From contig OZ218778.1 of NCBI GenBank assembly GCA_965112635.1, positions 736,001 to 800,000 on the forward strand: 64,000 bases of DNA, read 5' to 3'. The position numbers and the translations under genes are program-made. Below, in pieces: positions 60,925-64,000 of this stretch. Position 1 is the stretch's first letter. Every line of letters begins with the position of its first letter. The notes under the pieces are model-generated. The model had not been told where the DNA came from. It saw nothing but the letters and a program-made list of their open reading frames with translations, and did no database searches. The stretch is from an uncultured bacterium. GTDB lineage: Bacteria; Oederibacteriota; Oederibacteriia; Oederibacteriales; Oederibacteriaceae.

Positions 60925-61275
60925 TTATTTCCTTCTCTGGACTTTTCTTTTTTCCTGGGTGACGGGCACGGGGCGGCTCCGGCGTTCAACGCCCGAACGG
61001 CGGTCCTTGCTGAAAAGGATCATTTTGCCGCCCATTTTTTTCATGATGACGCGGGTGGCCTTGTGGAAATAGAGGTTGTTGCCCAGGGCCATCCAGTCGG
61101 GATTGTTATCCGAGGCCAAGACTCTCTTGTTATCCTTGACCGCTTTGCTCATACGGCGGCGGTCGTAACCCACGATCTTTTCAATCGTGCCCGCCTTTTC
61201 CACGATCACCTTGCGCTTGGGATCAAAAAACTGGTTCTTACCCAGGTTGATGTAGTGTCCGTCCACCATTTCCAT
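60925..61275 (-). CDS. Hypothetical protein with two internal repeats ending in DRR motifs
   Basis: GGAGGA RBS; tandem LGxNxxF.......IxxKxG.......DRR repeats. Confidence 0.7.
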   Translation of the reverse strand: MEMVDGHYINLGKNQFFDPKRKVIVEKAGTIEKIVGYDRRRMSKAVKDNKRVLASDNNPDWMALGNNLYFHKATRVIMKKMGGKMILFSKDRRSGVERRSRPVPVTQEKRKVQRRK

Positions 61276-61281
61276 TCCTCC

Positions 61282-61500
61282 TTATTTAATATCAAAAATT
61301 TTGTTGCGGCTGCGCTGGCCCGCGACCATGGTAATGTCCGCTTTGGGCACCTTGAAGTGCGCCGCCAAAAGTCCGATGAGGGCCTGGTTGGCTTCCCCTT
61401 TCACGGGCGCTTCCCTGACCCAGGCCGCGTAGCTGCCGGAAGCGGCCCTCTCCATTTTTTCCTTGCTGGCACGCGTGTTTACACGGACGCTGATGCGCAT
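61282..61500 (-). CDS. DUF167 (YggU-like) protein
   Basis: APVKGEANQALI.LLA.HF.VPK..I..G..SRNK. Confidence 0.9.
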   Translation of the reverse strand: MRISVRVNTRASKEKMERAASGSYAAWVREAPVKGEANQALIGLLAAHFKVPKADITMVAGQRSRNKIFDIK

Positions 61501-61503
61501 CGT

Positions 61504-62568
61504 TTAGAGCAGACCGGCGACCAGGTCCCCGACTTCTCGAGTGGAAAGACCCATTTTGCCGGCGGAAAGGCTCTTGATCTTGCCGCTCCCCAGCGCCTTG
61601 ACGATAGCCTGCTCGACCGCCGCTGCGGCCTGGGCCTCGCCCAGAGTGTCCAGCATCAACTGGCCGGCGGCGATGGCTGCCAGCGGGTTGATGATGTTCT
61701 TGCCCGTGTATTTGGGCGCGGACCCTCCGATGGGCTCGAACATGGAAACGCCCTCCGGGTTGATGTTGCCGCCCGCGGCGATGCCCATGCCGCCTTGGAT
61801 CATGGCGCCAAGGTCCGTAATAATATCCCCGAAAAGGTTCTCGGTCACGATGACGTCAAAGAACTCCGGGTTCTTGACCATCCACATGGTCGTAGCGTCC
61901 ACATGGGCGTAGTCCCGGGTGACCTTGGGAAACTCTTTTTCCCCCATCTCGTTAAAGGCCCTGACCCACAGGTCGCCCGCGTAGGTGAGCACGTTGTTCT
62001 TGTGGCACAGGGTCAGTTTGTTCTTTTTATTGCGTTTTTGGGCGAGCTTGAAAGAGTAACGCAGGCAGCGGTCCACTTCTTTGCGCGTGTAGGCCATGAT
62101 CTGCGTGACCAGCTCGTCAGGCGTGCCTTTTTTGACCACGCCTCCCAGGCCTGTGTAGATGCCGCCGCAATTTTCGCGCACGATGATGAAGTCAATATCG
62201 GCCGGGCCCTTGTCCTTGAGCGGCGTGTCCACGCCGGGATAGAGCTTGACGGGCCTAAGATTGATGTACTGGTCCAGGGCAAAGCGGAGCTTTAACAGGA
62301 TGCCGGCCTCCAGAATGCCTGGCTTGACGTCAGGGTGGCCGATGGCGCCAAGGTAGATGGCCGAGTGTTTCTTCAGCTCATCCACAGCTCCCTCAGGCAA
62401 AATCTCTCCGGTTTTGAGAAAACGCTCTCCCCCGAAATCGTAATGCTGCCAGTCAAAGGTGATACTGAACTTTTTGGCGGCGGCCTTGAGGACTTTCAGC
62501 CCTTCGGCGATGACCTCCGGGCCGGTGCCGTCTCCGGGGACCACGGCGATGGAATATTTTTTGGGCAT
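61504..62568 (-). CDS. leuB: 3-isopropylmalate dehydrogenase
   Basis: PGDGTGPEV, NLRPVK, NLFGDIITD, FEPIGGSAP; adjacent to leuA. Confidence 0.9.
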   Translation of the reverse strand: MPKKYSIAVVPGDGTGPEVIAEGLKVLKAAAKKFSITFDWQHYDFGGERFLKTGEILPEGAVDELKKHSAIYLGAIGHPDVKPGILEAGILLKLRFALDQYINLRPVKLYPGVDTPLKDKGPADIDFIIVRENCGGIYTGLGGVVKKGTPDELVTQIMAYTRKEVDRCLRYSFKLAQKRNKKNKLTLCHKNNVLTYAGDLWVRAFNEMGEKEFPKVTRDYAHVDATTMWMVKNPEFFDVIVTENLFGDIITDLGAMIQGGMGIAAGGNINPEGVSMFEPIGGSAPKYTGKNIINPLAAIAAGQLMLDTLGEAQAAAAVEQAIVKALGSGKIKSLSAGKMGLSTREVGDLVAGLL

Positions 62569-62572
62569 GGGA

Positions 62573-64000
62573 TCAGTTCCCCTTCCTCTTTTTTTTGGAT
62601 AAGAACTTGTTGATGGCGTTCAGATAGGCCTTGGCGGATGCCTCGATGATGTCCGTGGAGGAGCCGCGGCCTGTTTCCTCTTGCGATTTCCCTTTTAACC
62701 GGACCGAGACCTCGCCCTGGGCGTCCTTGCCGCCCGTGATGGCCTTGAGCGAATAGTCGGACAGCTTGGCCGTGTTGCCGGTCAGGCGGTCCAAGGCGTT
62801 ATAAACCGCGTCCACAGGGCCATCCCCACAGGCGGCCTCCTGCAGCATTTTGCCGCGGCGGGAGATCCGCACGGTGGCCGTCGGGACGGTCTGGTTGCCG
62901 CTGGTGATGCTCAGATATTCCAGATGGTAGGTCTCCTCGGACTTGGAGAACTCGTCCTCCAGGAGCACCAAAAGGTCGTCGTCGTAGACTTCTTTTTTCT
63001 TGTCGGCCAGGGCCAAAAACTGCTGGTAGGCCTTGTCGAGGTTTTTAGCGGACAAGCGATAACCCATCTTTTTCAGCCTGAAATTGAGGGCATGCCGGCC
63101 CGAACGGCTGGTCAGGATCAGCTGGTGTTCCTTTAACCCGATGGATTCAGGGGTGATGATCTCGAAGGTCTGCCGGTTCTTCAATAGGCCGGCCTGGTGG
63201 ATGCCCGAGGCGTGAGCAAAGGCGTTCTGGCCCACGATGGCCTTGTTGGCCTGGACCACCATGCCCGTGACGCGGCTGACCAGGCGGCTGGTGGCGGAGA
63301 TCTGGGTGGAATCCACGCCCACCTCGTAATCGCCGAAATAATCCTTGCGCGTTTTGATGGCCATGGCCACTTCCTCGAGGGCGCAGTTGCCGGCGCGCTC
63401 TCCCAGGCCGTTGATGGAACACTCGATCTGGGTGGCGCCGTTCTTGACGGCCGCGAGCGAGTTGGCTGTGGCCAGCCCCAGGTCGTTGTGGCAGTGCACG
63501 CTGATGACGACCTGACGCAGGCGCGGGAGGCTGACCTGGAGCCTGTGGATCAGGCCGCCGAACTCGTCCGGGATGCTGTAGCCGACCGTGTCCGGGATGT
63601 TGATGGTCGTGGCGCCGGCTATAAGGGCGGTCTCCACGACGCGGCAAAGAAACGCGTAGTCAGTGCGCGTGGCGTCCATGGCCGAGAACTCTACGTCCCG
63701 GCAGTAGTGCCGGGCCAGCCGGACCGCCTCCGTGGTCATCCTGACAACCTCGTCCTTGGTTTTGCCCATCATGTTGAGATGGGTCGGAGAGGTACCGACG
63801 AAAACATGGATGCGGGGTTTCAAGGCTTGCTTGACCGACTGCCAGCAGACCTCGACATCCTTTTTGACGCAACGGGCCAGGCCGGCGATGATGGGGCCGC
63901 GGGTCTGGCGGCTGATGAGCTTGACCGCTTCCGTATCTCCCGGCGAGGAGATGGGAAAACCGGCCTCAATGACGTCCACCTTGAGCTTGGCCAGTTGGGC
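62573..64000 (-). CDS. leuA: 2-isopropylmalate synthase (5' end outside the window)
   Basis: VIEAGFP, PDTVG, HCHNDLGLA, GERAGN, GDGPVDA regulatory domain. Confidence 0.95.
   Translation of the reverse strand, partial: AQLAKLKVDVIEAGFPISSPGDTEAVKLISRQTRGPIIAGLARCVKKDVEVCWQSVKQALKPRIHVFVGTSPTHLNMMGKTKDEVVRMTTEAVRLARHYCRDVEFSAMDATRTDYAFLCRVVETALIAGATTINIPDTVGYSIPDEFGGLIHRLQVSLPRLRQVVISVHCHNDLGLATANSLAAVKNGATQIECSINGLGERAGNCALEEVAMAIKTRKDYFGDYEVGVDSTQISATSRLVSRVTGMVVQANKAIVGQNAFAHASGIHQAGLLKNRQTFEIITPESIGLKEHQLILTSRSGRHALNFRLKKMGYRLSAKNLDKAYQQFLALADKKKEVYDDDLLVLLEDEFSKSEETYHLEYLSITSGNQTVPTATVRISRRGKMLQEAACGDGPVDAVYNALDRLTGNTAKLSDYSLKAITGGKDAQGEVSVRLKGKSQEETGRGSSTDIIEASAKAYLNAINKFLSKKKRKGN

Overview
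Bacterial chromosomal window (mostly GC-rich, lineage not determinable from sequence alone) spanning the replication origin: gyrA-gyrB-dciA-recF-dnaN-oriC-dnaA / rpmH-rnpA-yidD-yidC-jag, followed by the convergent rimP-nusA-infB-DUF503-rbfA-nrnA operon, a two-component pair, and truA-asd-leuB-leuA. The left ~18 kb (between the serS 5' end and rtcB) is an accessory region with all genes on the minus strand: Sel1-repeat proteins, a STAS gene with two tiny basic ORFs, two paralogous ArsR modules with co-diverged palindromic operators, a PIN/RHH toxin-antitoxin pair, and an AT-richer putative defence island (PD-(D/E)xK nuclease, MazG-like, DUF2075 nuclease-helicase with a LexA-like S24 tail, HNH, second DUF2075, DUF3800). 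The strongest novel candidate is a ~76-nt small RNA (8786-8861, + strand) with its own sigma70-like promoter, long hairpin and U-tract, lying tail-to-tail with the DUF3800 gene and suggesting a protein-RNA module. Other points: gyrA probably starts at a non-canonical ATC codon, a sensor histidine kinase has lost all catalytic motifs, and there is an unannotated 25-aa basic peptide. All family calls are by motif recognition and were not database-verified.
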